DNA from: Hydrolagus colliei
Taxonomy: Eukaryota
Length of the DNA stretch: 64,000 bases
Direction: 5' to 3'
Assembly (NCBI GenBank): GCA_035084275.1
Contig: CM068748.1
Coordinates: forward strand, 4,588,001 to 4,652,000
Positions 1-12,523 of this stretch are shown here, in pieces. The notes below the pieces were generated by a model. It ran no database searches. It saw only the letters and a list, made by a program, of their open reading frames with translations, and was not told where the DNA came from. Position numbers and translations under genes: made by a program. The stretch's first letter is position 1. Each line of letters opens with the position of its first letter.

Positions 1-1102
1 CACATGGGTAGATCATAGCATGTCCTATTTTACTGTTGAGCATTAATTCTTCATATTCAATGTCTTGTGCCAATTGTTGGTCTGTGACTTTGCAATGACT
101 GTGTTGCAGAACTGAAGCTTATTTTTATATTTGACCACTGCATTCATCTTATGCGTGCGCAGGGTTGCAAAGAGTGTTATCACACAGAAGATAATTTGAA
201 GTTCAACAATTTGTAATGAAAAATTTACAGCCGCCAGGAGAAACACAGAGAGTAACGCTGTTTAGACCAGCCGCTTGCATGTCAGACTAAAAGTAATCAC
301 AAGAAAGCAAACACAGCTGAGTGTTAATTGAGGTTGGGTGCTGGGCTGCAGATCAAAAATGCTTTCATGTTGTAACCAAATTATTTGCATAGTTGATTGA
401 ACTGAGTGATCAACTGAAATGTTTGTGCCAACTTCACTGCTTACATGACCACATGTACACATTGTTAATGATGGAAGCATATGACGTTTATTAAACTGTG
501 TAGCATAGGATAGACCCATCAAAACTCCTCTGTCTTGCTTTCTCTGATGCATAAAAGTATAATTCATTGTTTCACAAGAAAAATAGTCCAGGAACAATAT
601 ACAGTATAACATTAGAGAATAAAATATATATGTAACGTGCTGGTCAGCACAGCAGGACATATTTTCTCTGAACCTATCTTAGAAACACTAAACTTTTTCC
701 TGGTATCCTTACATTTTATTAACTACTATGTGAACCGTCTGCTATTGCAAAACGTAGATAGTTAGCAGACATCAATGTTACATGTAGACAGTAAATTGCA
801 ACTTATTTTTTTGATGTGCAGGACTATCAATGGCATCTTACTGTAAAGGACAGACAAACCTTTTGGCACTCCTCTCTACCATCCTGCGTTTCACTCTGCT
901 ACAGTACTACACACAATGCCAACCTTTGATAGCTGCTCTTACTGAAGCTGGCAGGGTATCATGCCTGTAGAGATATTGGCATGACTCCTCAAGTACTCCA
1001 TGTGTCTGTGCCATTTTGGCCAGTGACCATATGTAAACTGGTAGCTAATATTGCAAATTCACAAACTGCAATGAGATGTGAAATACGCTTATTTTATGAA
1101 TT

Positions 1103-1351
1103 GATTTAGACAATCTGATGTTGTTGAACAATGGGAGATTTTTAAGCCGGTGATAGAAAAAGCACAGGAGAAATGTATTCCATTAAGGAATGAGGGAAAA
1201 TTAACCAATAATGGGATGCTGTGGGCGAATAAGGAGGTGAAGGCAAAACTTCAGCTAAGGAAAAATGCTTTTAAAAGTGTAAAATATATAACGGAGAGGA
1301 AATTTAGGAAAGAAGTTAGGAAGGCAAACAGGAAATCCAAGAGGAGAACAT
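1103..1351 (+). mobile_element. CR1 LINE ORF2 fragment, left part (endonuclease-RT linker)
   Basis: Translates WEIFKPVIEKAQEKCIPLR...W.NKEVKAKLQLRKNAFK...RKEVRKANRK, typical of the CR1 ORF2 linker. It continues at 2216 after a nested L2. Confidence 0.8.
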
Positions 1352-2215
1352 AACAACAACAAATTGCATTTCTATACAAATTTCGTGACAGGAGGACGTC
1401 TTGAGGCGATGGACAGACAGGGATTTGGACCTGAGAAGGGTTGGGATCAGGAGGGGTGGATGGCAAGGAGACCTGAGGTATGTGGCTGAAGGCACGGTCG
1501 AAGAGGAGGGTCTGAAGACGTGCCCTGTAATAGGAAAGGGAGGGAGCCAGGTACAGGGAAGGGACTGTTGGATGGAGTTCCAAAGGATGGGGGCAGCGAG
1601 ATTAAAGGCCTGTGGGGTGGTGTGGCAGACTGGACAGGGGTCGTGGAGCAGGCTGGAGCCAGCTGAGCAGAGGCAGGGGAAACGTTGACATGGCATCAAC
1701 AGATAACAGAGTTGGGAAGGAGCAAGTCCATGGAGGGCTTTGAAAGTGAAGATGAGGATTTTGAACTCCTGGAATCAAGGGCGGAGGCAGAGAGATAGAG
1801 TTGAATGTCATCCACATACAAGGAATCCTGTAGCACAGTGGTTAGAGCACTTGACTTACAAGCAATAGAGCTGGGTTCAATTCCAGACAAGTCAGTGCAA
1901 AACCTTGGGCAAGTTTTCTTACTCCACATGCCTGATAATAATCCCTAAAAAAAATTGGTCACACAATCCATGACTGTTTGTGGGACAGTGCTGCATGCCA
2001 TTGGCTGCTGCATTTCACCCACAAATATACAGCCAGTTCACTTTAAAGTATATTCTGTGAAGCGCTTTGAGATGTCTCGAAGACATGAAAAGCACTATAT
2101 CACATACCAGGATTATAATTATTATTATGTGGAAGTTTACTCCATGTCTGCGGATGATGTCACCAAGAGGGAGCACATACACGTTGAAAAGGCGAGGACC
2201 GAGGTCAGAGCCCCA
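1352..2215 (-). mobile_element. L2-derived element (5'-truncated, internally deleted), interrupted by a SINE
   Basis: (TTG)n tail at 1352-1362. Minus-strand RT motifs GSDLGPRLFNVYVLPLGDIIRRHGVNFH (2128-2214) and YVDDIQLYLSASALDSR (about 1768-1818) are followed directly by FKILIFTFKALHGLAP. Confidence 0.9.
1822..2127 (+). mobile_element. tRNA-derived Deu-domain SINE, full length
   Basis: A-box-like TAGCACAGTGG, B-box GGTTCAATTCC, core gactgtttgtgggacagtgctgcatgccattggctgc, and a 3' end tgtgaagcgctttgagatgtc...gcactatat with an (ATT)n tail. It aligns with the copies at 6757, 18050, 45112 and 46962. Confidence 0.92.
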
Positions 2216-2450
2216 ATAGCAAAAACACAAAAAGGTACAGCAAGATGCGACTGTAGAATATCCAATGTAATACCCATTTTGAAAGGTAAAGTTAATCCAG
2301 GAAACTGCAGGTCAGTAATCTTAACGTTGATTGTATACAAGGTATTTTACAAAATATAAAAAAATGAAGGAATTAGTCATCTGGAAAAGAAGAATATAAT
2401 TAAGAGCGGTCAGCATGGATTTACGAAAGGAAGGTCACGCTTGATCAATT
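2216..2450 (+). mobile_element. CR1 LINE ORF2 fragment, right part (start of RT domain)
   Basis: DCRISNVIPILKGKVNPGNCRSVILTLIVYKV...HLEKKNIIKSGQHGFTKGRSRLIN matches the CR1 RT motifs DW+.ANV.PIFKKG..PGNYRP.SLT and QHGF.KGRSCLTNL. Confidence 0.85.
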
Positions 2451-3760
2451 CACAAGGCAAAGAGGATATCATGAGGAGAACATTGCAACAAATATGGAAT
2501 AAGAATAGCAAGTAGTTACTGGTGAATGACCAGTGTAATACTGACATTTTATTGAGTATTGGAAGAATATTTCTTAGTAAAAACCACAGGTAACATATGA
2601 AAGGCAAGAGATGTTTCAGAGAACTGGGTAATGATTAAACTTGCAAATGCAATTGATTCAGTGCACATTCCAAAGTCTGTAGCAAACCCAAATCCTGTAT
2701 AATGGATGAGTATTTCAAAACAATGAAAGAGTGGTCCATGATATGAGGTGAACATGCAAACAATTGATGTGTTTGTGGTGTACATATCCTACTGAGCAGT
2801 TGGCAGTCATGTATTCTTCCTGCATCGCACATTTTCTGGGAATGTGGAGGCGTGTTTCTGAAACAATAAAAAACAATTCTGAACACAAACTATCATAATT
2901 ATAGACGTTTAAAAGTTTGGAAAATTTTAAATTAGAAAATGGTTAAACTAGGTAAAACATTTTTTTTCATTGAGTTAAAACAAAAACAACAAAGCAGAAT
3001 AGGAAAGAGGAAAGAATGGAATGAAAAACACATGTACTTACATAACGTATAAAAATGAATGGAAATAGTGTTATTGTAGTTTAGCACACAGGCTGGACAA
3101 TGTTGCAATGCAGTAAAACAACCAGGGATTGTATTACAAACAAAACCCATTGTGTTACTAAACAGTAAGTGTGAAGCTTAAATGATGCTTTCTAACATGT
3201 GGAGGTGAAATTCATACTGGGATTATGCTGTTTTAACAATTGGTTTCTTGTGCCAATAACAGACATGATGGACGATAAGTTCCCATGATCATTATGGTTT
3301 ACTGATTGGTGCAGGGAATGCTGCAGATTTATATATATATATAATATTTAAATCATAAGAGCAAAGGTGGAATCATTGATGTAGTCATCAGAAGCAGAGG
3401 TTTGTGTTGAAGCCCATGAAACACCTGAAGCTATTTTTATTTTTCATTCAATACTTAGCGGATATGTCAAGGGGCAACAGTATGAAGTGATAAATACTTC
3501 CACATTGAGAATGACCAGATAACTCATGAATGAATGCTGCAAATGTTTTGTGGTCGGCCTTTGCAGAAGCAGAAGGGTTCTGCAGTGATGGGAGTGTAAG
3601 TACTGTAATTCTTGAACGAGTGACCGCAATGTTTATTCTACGAGTAAACATCTTCTACTAGAATATATGGTGGAATGCTGTGTTACTGTGCATGCACAAG
3701 CAATATTTTGGATCTAAATACAGTAAAAATACAGCATGTGTTTTAACTGTCATTGGTCAG

Positions 3761-3796
3761 GTCCCGAGGGTGCCGGATAAACGGGCTTTTACTGTG
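3761..3796. mobile_element. Terminal inverted repeat of a Tigger/pogo-like DNA transposon (single end seen)
   Basis: The reverse complement reads cagtaaaagcccgtttatccggcaccc, resembling Tigger-type TIRs (CAGT start). It is CpG-rich against an AT-rich background. The partner TIR was not identified. Confidence 0.5.
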
Positions 3797-4243
3797 TATG
3801 AACAGTGAGATTACTAGCCCTGTCCTTAGAATAAATGTAGGGTATATTGGAGCATCTTTAGGAAAGCTAATACCTGATTAACCACAGGTATAAGTCATTC
3901 CTTAGATTAAGTGAATGTTTCACTGAAAAGGGTTCAGTTGTGTTTCTGAGGTGTTAAACTGTGGAGAGTGAAGCCACTTTGCTCCCAGCAGTATCAGGAT
4001 TGTGGGAACCAGAAACCCGTGTTATATTTCCTGATCCTCATTCAATCAGAGTGTAAACAAAACAGCCTAGGAAATACACGGTACACCAAAATTGGCTTCT
4101 TTAAAATTTTTAACAAAGAGCTGGTTGTACAATTGGCACTTTAATAACAGTCCATTAAAGGTTGGCTTAGAGGATGCCAAAAATCTTTCAGATGAGCGCA
4201 GTGTGAAATCACACCTGCTGTGTTTGTGCTGTTCACATTACGG

Positions 4244-4390
4244 CTGTCTGTGGGACATTGCTGTGCCTAAATTAGCTGCTGCATTCACCCGCATAACACG
4301 TAGTCACTACACTTTACAGTAAGATCTTGTAAAATACTTTGAAACAACCTTCCAAATGTGAATGGCGATATATCAAATGCAAGGATTATT
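4244..4390 (+). mobile_element. Older Deu-domain SINE, 3' half
   Basis: ctgtctgtgggacattgctgtgcctaaattagctgctgcattc...gtcactacactttacagt...tatatcaaatgcaaggattatt; a diverged version of the core and tail of the full-length SINEs. Confidence 0.75.
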
Positions 4391-5639
4391 TTTCAAATTA
4401 TTATCCAAATCAGACTGATCCTGAAAGCCTCTCTTCTCAAATGGTGTTGGGAGCAAGGGTCATGCTGGCTGAACCCTTATTTATACATTGGCTGCCAAAT
4501 CACAGCCTAAACGAAGGTGATTGGCATCAACATAGCATTGTGAACGAGGAAGCATGACTGGGGCCAGGGGGTTCTTCTTACTTAGCTCCTGTTAACCCTG
4601 CAAGCCAAAGCACCAATAGTTAAGGTGGCCTTTGCTAGCTAAGCAGCAAGAAGTTTGCCAGATTGTGTTCCCAATGGCAAGCTGTTGCGGATTTAACTGG
4701 TTAAACTCCAGCATTACCCCTAAAGCATATTCTGGGGTCCCCAAGCTTTAGTTCCTGCCAACCTGTGTCCAATCCTATCCGGAATTAGGTAATCAGGACG
4801 CTTTCCCTTCAAGGGAGAGAGTGTGATTTCATTCCAGGCATTGGAATCTCCATCCATATATGGCACACATATGTGGGACTCTGGATTGAATAATTGTAAT
4901 GATGGTGATGGGTATCTCCATGTGTCACACAATCAGCTGCCAAAATCAAAACCCTGTGGCATTAGATGTAAAATGATGGTGATTTGTAGAATCATTATTT
5001 TCTTCCCCAATCCTATATTTAAAATCATTTTCATGGTAGATGGTATTTGTTTGTGGGTTACTGTGATTCTGAGAAGGGTAATTGCTTTTAGTGGTGCATC
5101 TACACCACTAAGGTAAAGATCATATGCATTTTAAGATTTAGTGACCTTGAGTTAGTTACCTTCATATGGAATAGAGAAGAGATAAAGATCTTTGATGATC
5201 TTTCATATAACAAACAGGTAAGCAATAGTCAAATCAACAGGATGGATTCCGCCGAATTATACTTCAAATCTTGTATCAAAATAGAATTACAAAATTTGAA
5301 ATATGCTTAGCAATGTGTATTCCTAAGTGCATTTCAAAACTTCAGCAAATTTATTGGTCTGTTTCTAATACAGTATTAATTCAAAATTATAAATCAGAAT
5401 GATTTACTGGAACATTTGGTCCGTACCTGCAAATGTTAAACACCAAAGTGTTTTATGTGCTTTTAGCACAAAAGTGTATTCTGTAACTGTGTAAAAATGT
5501 CCTTTCTTAACAAATCGATTACATTTCTTTCATCGCCTTCATAGCTTTCATGGCCATTAATATCAAAGTAGTCAGTGTATGTGTATGAACAGTGGGGAGC
5601 TGGCTGTAAACCATCTGAACAGGGTTTTCTATTCTTCAG

Positions 5640-5779
5640 CTACCTTCACCTGCGGAGTGTTGTGGACCCTGCTGAGTAATGTGAAGTTTGGAGAGACGAC
5701 CTCTTACAAGCAGTTGGCAGCACAAGCCGGCAATTACAAAGCAGTGAGAGCGGTGGGAGGAGCAATGAGGAGCAATCCT
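5640..5779 (+). CDS. MGMT: MGMT penultimate coding exon (equivalent to human exon 4; helix-turn-helix DNA-binding region)
   Basis: Acceptor ttttctattcttcAG at 5638-5639, donor GTaagt at 5780. The exon is 140 nt with a phase-1 start and phase-0 end. It translates (x)[46 protein letters not shown], aligning to human [46 protein letters not shown], including the Tyr114 and Arg128 equivalents. Confidence 0.97.
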
Positions 5780-5833
5780 GTAAGTTTCCGCTACATGTGA
5801 AATGCTGAACACACTGGATGCTTCATACACATT

Positions 5834-5915
5834 ATAATAACAGTAATAATCTTTGCATTTGATATAGCACCTTATGGCATTCGAGACACACCCAACTGCT
5901 TCACAGAATATACTA
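5834..5915 (-). mobile_element. SINE 3' tail fragment
   Basis: aataatctttgcatttgatatagcacctt...gcttcacagaatatact is the reverse complement of the SINE 3' end. Confidence 0.7.
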
Positions 5916-6059
5916 TATACTAGGGTTCATTTTCCAGCTAGGACTAGCCCTGCTCGTCAGCTTCCAGGGTCAAAAGCCTGGGTGGGGATCATCTAATACC
6001 TCAAGTGGATGGTCAATCCACTCAAGCTAGTCAACTATCAACAATGCTTTTGATTACTG

Positions 6060-6347
6060 CAGTCCTACTCTGACTTCACTGGCTCCCTGTCACAGAGTGG
6101 ATAGACTTCAAGATCCTGACTCTTGTGTTTAACTCCCTCCCCTTCCCACCCCCCCCCCCCCACCTATCTAATCTCATCTCCCCTCACAGCAGTACCTGCT
6201 GCCTATGCTATACTGGGTCTGGCCTCCTCCTAGTCCCCCGAATCCTCCACTCCACCATCGACGGCCGTGCTTTAGGTCACTGTGCCCCAAAGCTCTGGAA
6301 CTCCCTTCCTCAAGGTGCTACATAAATCCAAGTTGTTTGTTTGTTTG
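6060..6347 (+). mobile_element. L2 LINE 3' fragment
   Basis: LHWLPVTEWIDFKILTLVFNSL...DGRALGHCAPKLWNSLP (L2 ORF2 C-terminus), then the tail ggtgctacataaatccaagttgtttgtttg. Confidence 0.85.
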
Positions 6348-6756
6348 ATTACTAAAGAACTCCCTGGTCTTGCTAGAGTCTCTCTACATTCAGTTCACCC
6401 ACAGGGAGATCAGCATGCCTGTTCTACTCCCGAACCACAGAAGAAAATATGTAAATATGATCTTATTTACATATTCACCTTGAAAAGGTTGAAACCCCAA
6501 AGGTTTGTACGCCCAAAGCTTCCGGCCCCAAGTCGGCAACTTCATATACAATGGTGATAACACTTGGAATTGATGCTTTACCACATCATTTTGTCTATAC
6601 ACATTTAAGCCACATTGAAAAAGAAAGTTAATTAAAATATTTTCTTCTGGAAATAACCTTTATACTTTGTGGATTATAAGAAAATACAGTACACAAGAAC
6701 GGTAGACTATAATATGAGAAATGCTGTAAATGTCATCTTGAACTGCCAATCTACCC

Positions 6757-7081
6757 TAATAATAATAATAATAATCCTCCCATTTGATACAGCGCTTTTC
6801 ACATCTTATCGACGTCTCAAAGCGCTTCACAGAATAGACTGTAAAGTGAATTGACTGTATAAATTTGTGGGTGAAACATGACAGCCAATTGCGCACAACA
6901 GTGTCCCAACAGTGGTGTATTGAAATTACCAATTTTATTATTGTGTTTTTTTTTGAGGGATTATTATTAGGCATGTGGCGTAAGGAAACTTGCCCAAGGG
7001 TTCGCCCTGATCTGCCTGGATTCGAACACAGAGTCTCATACTTGTAAGGCAAGTGGTCTAACCACTGAGCTACAGGAGCTC
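6757..7081 (-). mobile_element. tRNA-derived Deu-domain SINE, full length
   Basis: The reverse complement begins gagctcctgtagctcagtggttagaccacttgcc, with B-box GTTCGAATCC, Deu core and an (ATT)n tail at 6757-6775. Confidence 0.92.
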
Positions 7082-10000
7082 AACAGGAGCTTATAAATCC
7101 TTTTGCTTTTGTTCCTCCAACACACACTCACTCATACACTTTATCCGTTTTTGTCATCCCACTCTGCTTCCACCAAACAATCATGATTATGAAGTACCTA
7201 GTTTATACTAAACTAAGAATTTTGAATTTGTATGTAAATTTGTATGCATTTGATGTCCAATCTCTAAACTAGCCAGAGAGTAACTGCCAAACTTTGAATT
7301 GAGCCAGACCAGCTCAGAAGCATGAGGAATGAACTAACACAGAAATTCAATATCCAAAGCCCAAGGCAAAAAAAAAATGACTCCCAATAATTCTCAGTTT
7401 ATCATGCCAGGGTTCCCGCTCTGTCATTTTTCTCTACCTACTCTGTGCTTGTATACAAGCAGTAATTTCTCTGCAATTTCTTTCACCCAAGTTCCTTTAC
7501 TAGCTCATGCATCTTGAAATATGTTGAAGGCTGTGTAAAAAAAAAAAATAGTGTTACAATGGGCAAGAGTAGAAGCCACCTTTTCTCCCCCTAACATCTC
7601 ACGAACCCACCCTTGCATATATGTGATATGGATCTGAACATCAGATTCCTCCAATGAATGCATTGGATATGGACTGCATTGCAGTTACAACCAATGTCCT
7701 CGACAAATAGATGGGGCAAATACTGCTCCATCAAGATTGCGGGGAGAAATGACCCCAGTGAAGGCATCCATATTTCAAGTCACTTGGGACAGGAATTTAA
7801 ACCACATGCCTCCTTTCGAAAGTACTGTATAACAATGAACTGCTAGGATTACTGAGCTACTATTCTACATTTAAACTTAAAAATCTAGAAATAAATGTTA
7901 CAGTTATATTGCCTCGCTGCAATTTTGCTTTAACATATTTTCCTTTCTAAGCCAGTTTACCCTGCATTATTATATTCACGGAAAACGCAAAGTGACCTGT
8001 CAGATTTTGTTGAATTTGCACCTTTTCACCTTTAAAAGATTGTCTATTCATTTTTTATAAGATGCACACATTTGCCAGAAAATTGCATCCACTTATCAAG
8101 AATGTGCACTGAAAGTTGAGATTTATTTTGCGATGTATTTTAAGATATACTACTCAGGTATATCAATACTGTCGGTTTCAATGGTATCTGTAGTGCAAAT
8201 CTTGAGCGCTACCTCAAGCACTAGTTATTCACTGACTGTGAATACATAATGTGATGCATATCTAACCCCAAATAAAAGCTGATACTATCTGAGAGATATT
8301 TCTTTTAAACTAGTATTGTACTAAGAAACGGTTTAAAAAGTCCACTTTGTTTCTTGCACGTATAATATGGTCAGAGGCTAAACTGCTTCCATTTCTAATC
8401 ATGATGTCTGAGGTTACCAAATTCCTTCGTACACTTCTACAAGTTTTCCTTTGTAGTTATCTCGCTACGTATAATTCATACAGTGACCTTCAACTTTATG
8501 AGAAGGTAGATGAGGTGTTGGCAGTAGCTGAGAGATGCAATGTCTTTGCTACAAATTATGCCAAGGACAAAGCGGAGCAACTCACCTTTGCAGCGAAGAA
8601 ACTTCAAATACTTTGCTGTATTTCAGATTGATTGTGAGGTCTGTGGTCCTCAAAGGGCAAACGTAGAGTTCAATTAACAAGCTCATTAGAACAGTACAGG
8701 AGGCCCATAAAAGAATCATAAAGGCTCTTGGGAGTAAGGGAATGGAGGACTGATTAGTTCAAGGTCATCTTAAATGAGTACCATACAACTTAAGCAAGAT
8801 GTCACTGACGACTGTAATTGTCTATAATGATGAAACTAAATAAAGAGCTTTCTTTGTGAATTCATCTTCTTATGTAACCCAGAACTTACTGTTCAAATTA
8901 AACTAAGTGGTCACTGGCCTAGGTAAGGTACATTTCAAATGTTGGCTGCCTTATTAATATTCCAAGTAATGAGGGAAGTGTGGGGGCATTTTGCAATTTG
9001 TAATTTACTTGTATGATCCTCTTGTGTAGATTTTGTGACTGCGACTTATTTTTACGTGGAGAGAGCAGAAATACGTGGGGCTTGGGAAAACAAACCTGTC
9101 ACATCTGTTTCCTTACAAGTCCAGGGTTGTTCATCACAAATCAGTTATGTATTTTTCCCCAAATGCTGTTTTTAGAATTTAAATGATAAAATCCCAAAGT
9201 GCCTAGTGTACTGTTCTGTCAATTACTAGAATATATATAGATATATAGATATACCACTTTTGGAAGCTTTACAATATCCCAGTTCAGCACCCTGCATCAT
9301 ATATTGAAACTGACACATGCAAATACTGCAGAGATATCATATAGTTGGATTAGTCAATTTTGCACTGCATTGTGATGATTTGGGAAATGAAACAATGAGA
9401 AGCCTTCTGAGAGAAATATTTCACCTACATGTAGGTTTGCCAAAGCTCAACCTAAAACTATTTGTACCTTGATAACCCACAGAATGATAAGGAAAATGTA
9501 AATTGTTTGTCAGCATTCGAGTTCACAATGTATTTGAGACCAAATTATAAAGGAAAGGGCAATTGTGATGGATGCCAGAATAGCTGGACAGATGAGGTTT
9601 GCTGAATGCAAGGTTATCATTTCCATTAATAGAAATGTTACTTATTCGGTTATTATTTGCACAAATAAATGTAGAAAACTACTGACTAACTTGCTTAATT
9701 CTAGATAAAGAGACAAAATATAACAACAACAAAATTATATTTATAGAGCACCTTTCACGTTGGGATGTTGAGCATTAGTAAAACATTTTTCAGCAACCTC
9801 AAATGGAATTAGAACGAGTAATATCAAGACAATTAAGTTTAGAACAATTCTATATTTTACTATAACCTCACAATGTACATGGGCATTTTCCACTTGTTGG
9901 CTACTAAGACCGTTAGAATCAAAAGCTGGATTTATGCTGCAGATTTCTGAATATGGGAAAGTTGCGAGAGTCTTAAAAGCCCCTTTGCTGATTTATATTT

Positions 10001-10320
10001 GTTTCATCTTAATAATTAGTGAGGGTCAGGGTGCAGCACTTAATGGACTCACAATCAGCAGCTAATAAGGCCACAGAGAAACTTCTAGAACAATTACAAC
10101 GGAAACCATTCCAGCTCTCGCGTTTGTTTTTTAACCTGATTTTAATTGTTGGCTATCTTGGAATTTCACACATTCTTACAGGCATTGGTTACCCTCAATT
10201 TACAATTCATAGCATGTTACACCATACTCCTCATGTAAACATTCACTACCTTCTTTACTAATCTTGTATTTCTTTATCTGCCATCCTCTACTCTGTAGCA
10301 GGGTTTCACATAGCATTTGT

Positions 10321-10434
10321 TCTGAGGAAAGGTCAAGCACATTGGCATCTTACAAAGATGCTCTTACAAATTGGCTAGTGGATTTCTAGCATTTCGATTT
10401 AAGATTTCCTGTATCTGTCGTTTTACTTTTTATT
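10321..10434 (+). mobile_element. Degenerate Penelope-like terminal repeat (hammerhead-bearing type) relic
   Basis: tctgaggaaaggtca...agatgct...tttctagcattt...agatttcctgtatctg..ttttactttttatt follows the layout I recall for fish and shark Penelope pLTRs. Its 3' end matches the reverse complement of 58052-58090. Confidence 0.45.
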
Positions 10435-12523
10435 GTAAGCTGTCAAAGAAACCTGGTGTAGGGAACTTTGGAACCGCAGAGACATTTACAGCTAAAGGTG
10501 AATATGGTTTGGGCAACTCAGCTTAGTGTCTTCAATTTCTTGTGAGACAGGATAGTGTAGGCCTATAGTAGCTTCAACGCATCAAGAGTTGTTCACTTTA
10601 AGCCCCTTATTTCATATTTATCCCTTTCCCCTTTGAATAAAACAGCGGTTGCCATCATTGAAGCACATGGAATTTATTAATACAGTAGCACTATCAAAAG
10701 GTGTAGCCCTTAATTAAAAGGGTTCATACTTAATACTCACTCAGATCTCAATAAAATGTATCATATAGGGAGTAATGCTCAGTGTATTCACTGCTTAGCG
10801 TATTTCACTAAATATAACAGCAACAACTTGCATTTATATAAGCGCGCCTCACGCAGGATAGTGTCCCGGGGCACTGCACAAATTAAGATGTAGTTAAATG
10901 CAGTAAAATATACACCATGTGGCATATTTAATTGAGGTCTATGTTGGGTATAACATATGTATGTATTGCATTTATTGGTATGTGTTTTTAAATCTTTCCC
11001 ACTGGAATGCTAACGTTTTCTCCCAGGAATTTGTCCTAGCACTGCAGCTAGGACTTCAGATATTTTCCTATTGCTTTCTTCCAAATCAGTTATAATCATT
11101 ATGATGTATTGGCCTTGTGACATTTTAGTTGGCTGGTTGCAAGGCTGCAAGTTTCCAGACTTTTCAGCACACACTTAAAAAATATTGGACTTCTGGAACA
11201 TCCTGACTTCGTTGGATTGCATCAGGAGATGGGAAAATAGTGTGGGAAAATTGTGAACTTCTATGAATGGAGTTCACAGTACTGAACAGCAAATGGATGA
11301 TTTGGCTTTGTAACCCAGCTTGTTGACAATTGAAGATGGATTTGGAAATAGATACGGTTATGTACCTCAATTAAGTCAGTTGGCCATAGTGGAATGGTCA
11401 CTTTCTACTGTATAAAGCCTAAAACAAGTAATGAGTTTGACACCACTGTTGAACAGTGCACCATTCAGTCTACTGACAGGATTTGCTAAATGCAGTTCAA
11501 AGACAATCAATACATGGTACAGAGAGTTTTTTCTTTACCTTTTTTTTTAAACAAGAGCTTTATAGGGAGTTAGTTTATTCACAGATTGCCACAAGCATTA
11601 ATGACTGCCAGCATCTTGTTTTGCCAGTCACCTAGATGGCTGTTGATAAAGATTTAGCATCATGTTCTAAGTGTCAGGGCTGTCAGTAGTGCTGAACCAT
11701 TTGACCAGAAGAAAAAACGCACAGGGAGCTATTGATTACAGCTTCTCAGTGTCACTTGTTCGCCAGGATTTAGGTATTGATGAGGCCTGGAGTGAAAACA
11801 AGTCCTTTCCCTAGTGGGCTCTACCCAGAAGTGCAAAATGCAAAGTTAGAGAGAATATTCAGCTGTTACCTGAATCTAAGGGATTCCAGTATTGATTGAA
11901 AGACTCCTTCATGTTATTTTTTTGTTCAGGACAAATCTATGGTTAAAGAAGTTTGCAATGCATGAAAAGGTAAGGCTATCTGAACAGAATTAACAGGGTT
12001 CATAGAAAAAGTGTGGCAGAAGTCTGACAAACCAAACTACCTCAAATTATATTAACTTGCAGAATAATACCGCCAACAGCAATAACAATTTCTTCAATGC
12101 AAAGCAATTTTTTCAATGTTCATTTTATATCTTCAGATTGTTCTGCTTTATATATTCACATGCACATTTGATTACTACTAATTTTAAAGGATAGAGAAAG
12201 CAGATAGCCAGCAAGCATAGAGGTCTTTGCCGGTGCCTCTGTAAGCAACCAATTGGTGTTCCTCAACATTACAGGTTTATATCTTCTCCAAGGGCCTGAA
12301 TCTTCTCATGGTTTTAGCCCTGAGATCGATTTAGGAAAACATTTCATGCTTAGGAGAAACTTCTTTGCATGTAGTTTGTTGCTGTTTATGCAGAAGACGA
12401 TGAGAATGTGCAACTCACTGCTAGAACCTGTGGTTGGAAGCAAAAAGTATTAACATATTTTAGAGGAAACTTGATGCACACTCGCAATATTGTAAGAAAT
12501 AATCCTTAAACTGAAGTCACTGT

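Noticed and set aside
1-5639. Upstream MGMT exon (WLxAYF...HHP region)
   Set aside because: Not found in this interval; it presumably lies upstream of the window.
5579-5800. 73-aa single-exon ORF starting MCMNSG
   Set aside because: Only 5640-5779 is MGMT-like. The flanks are read-through into intron beyond canonical splice sites.
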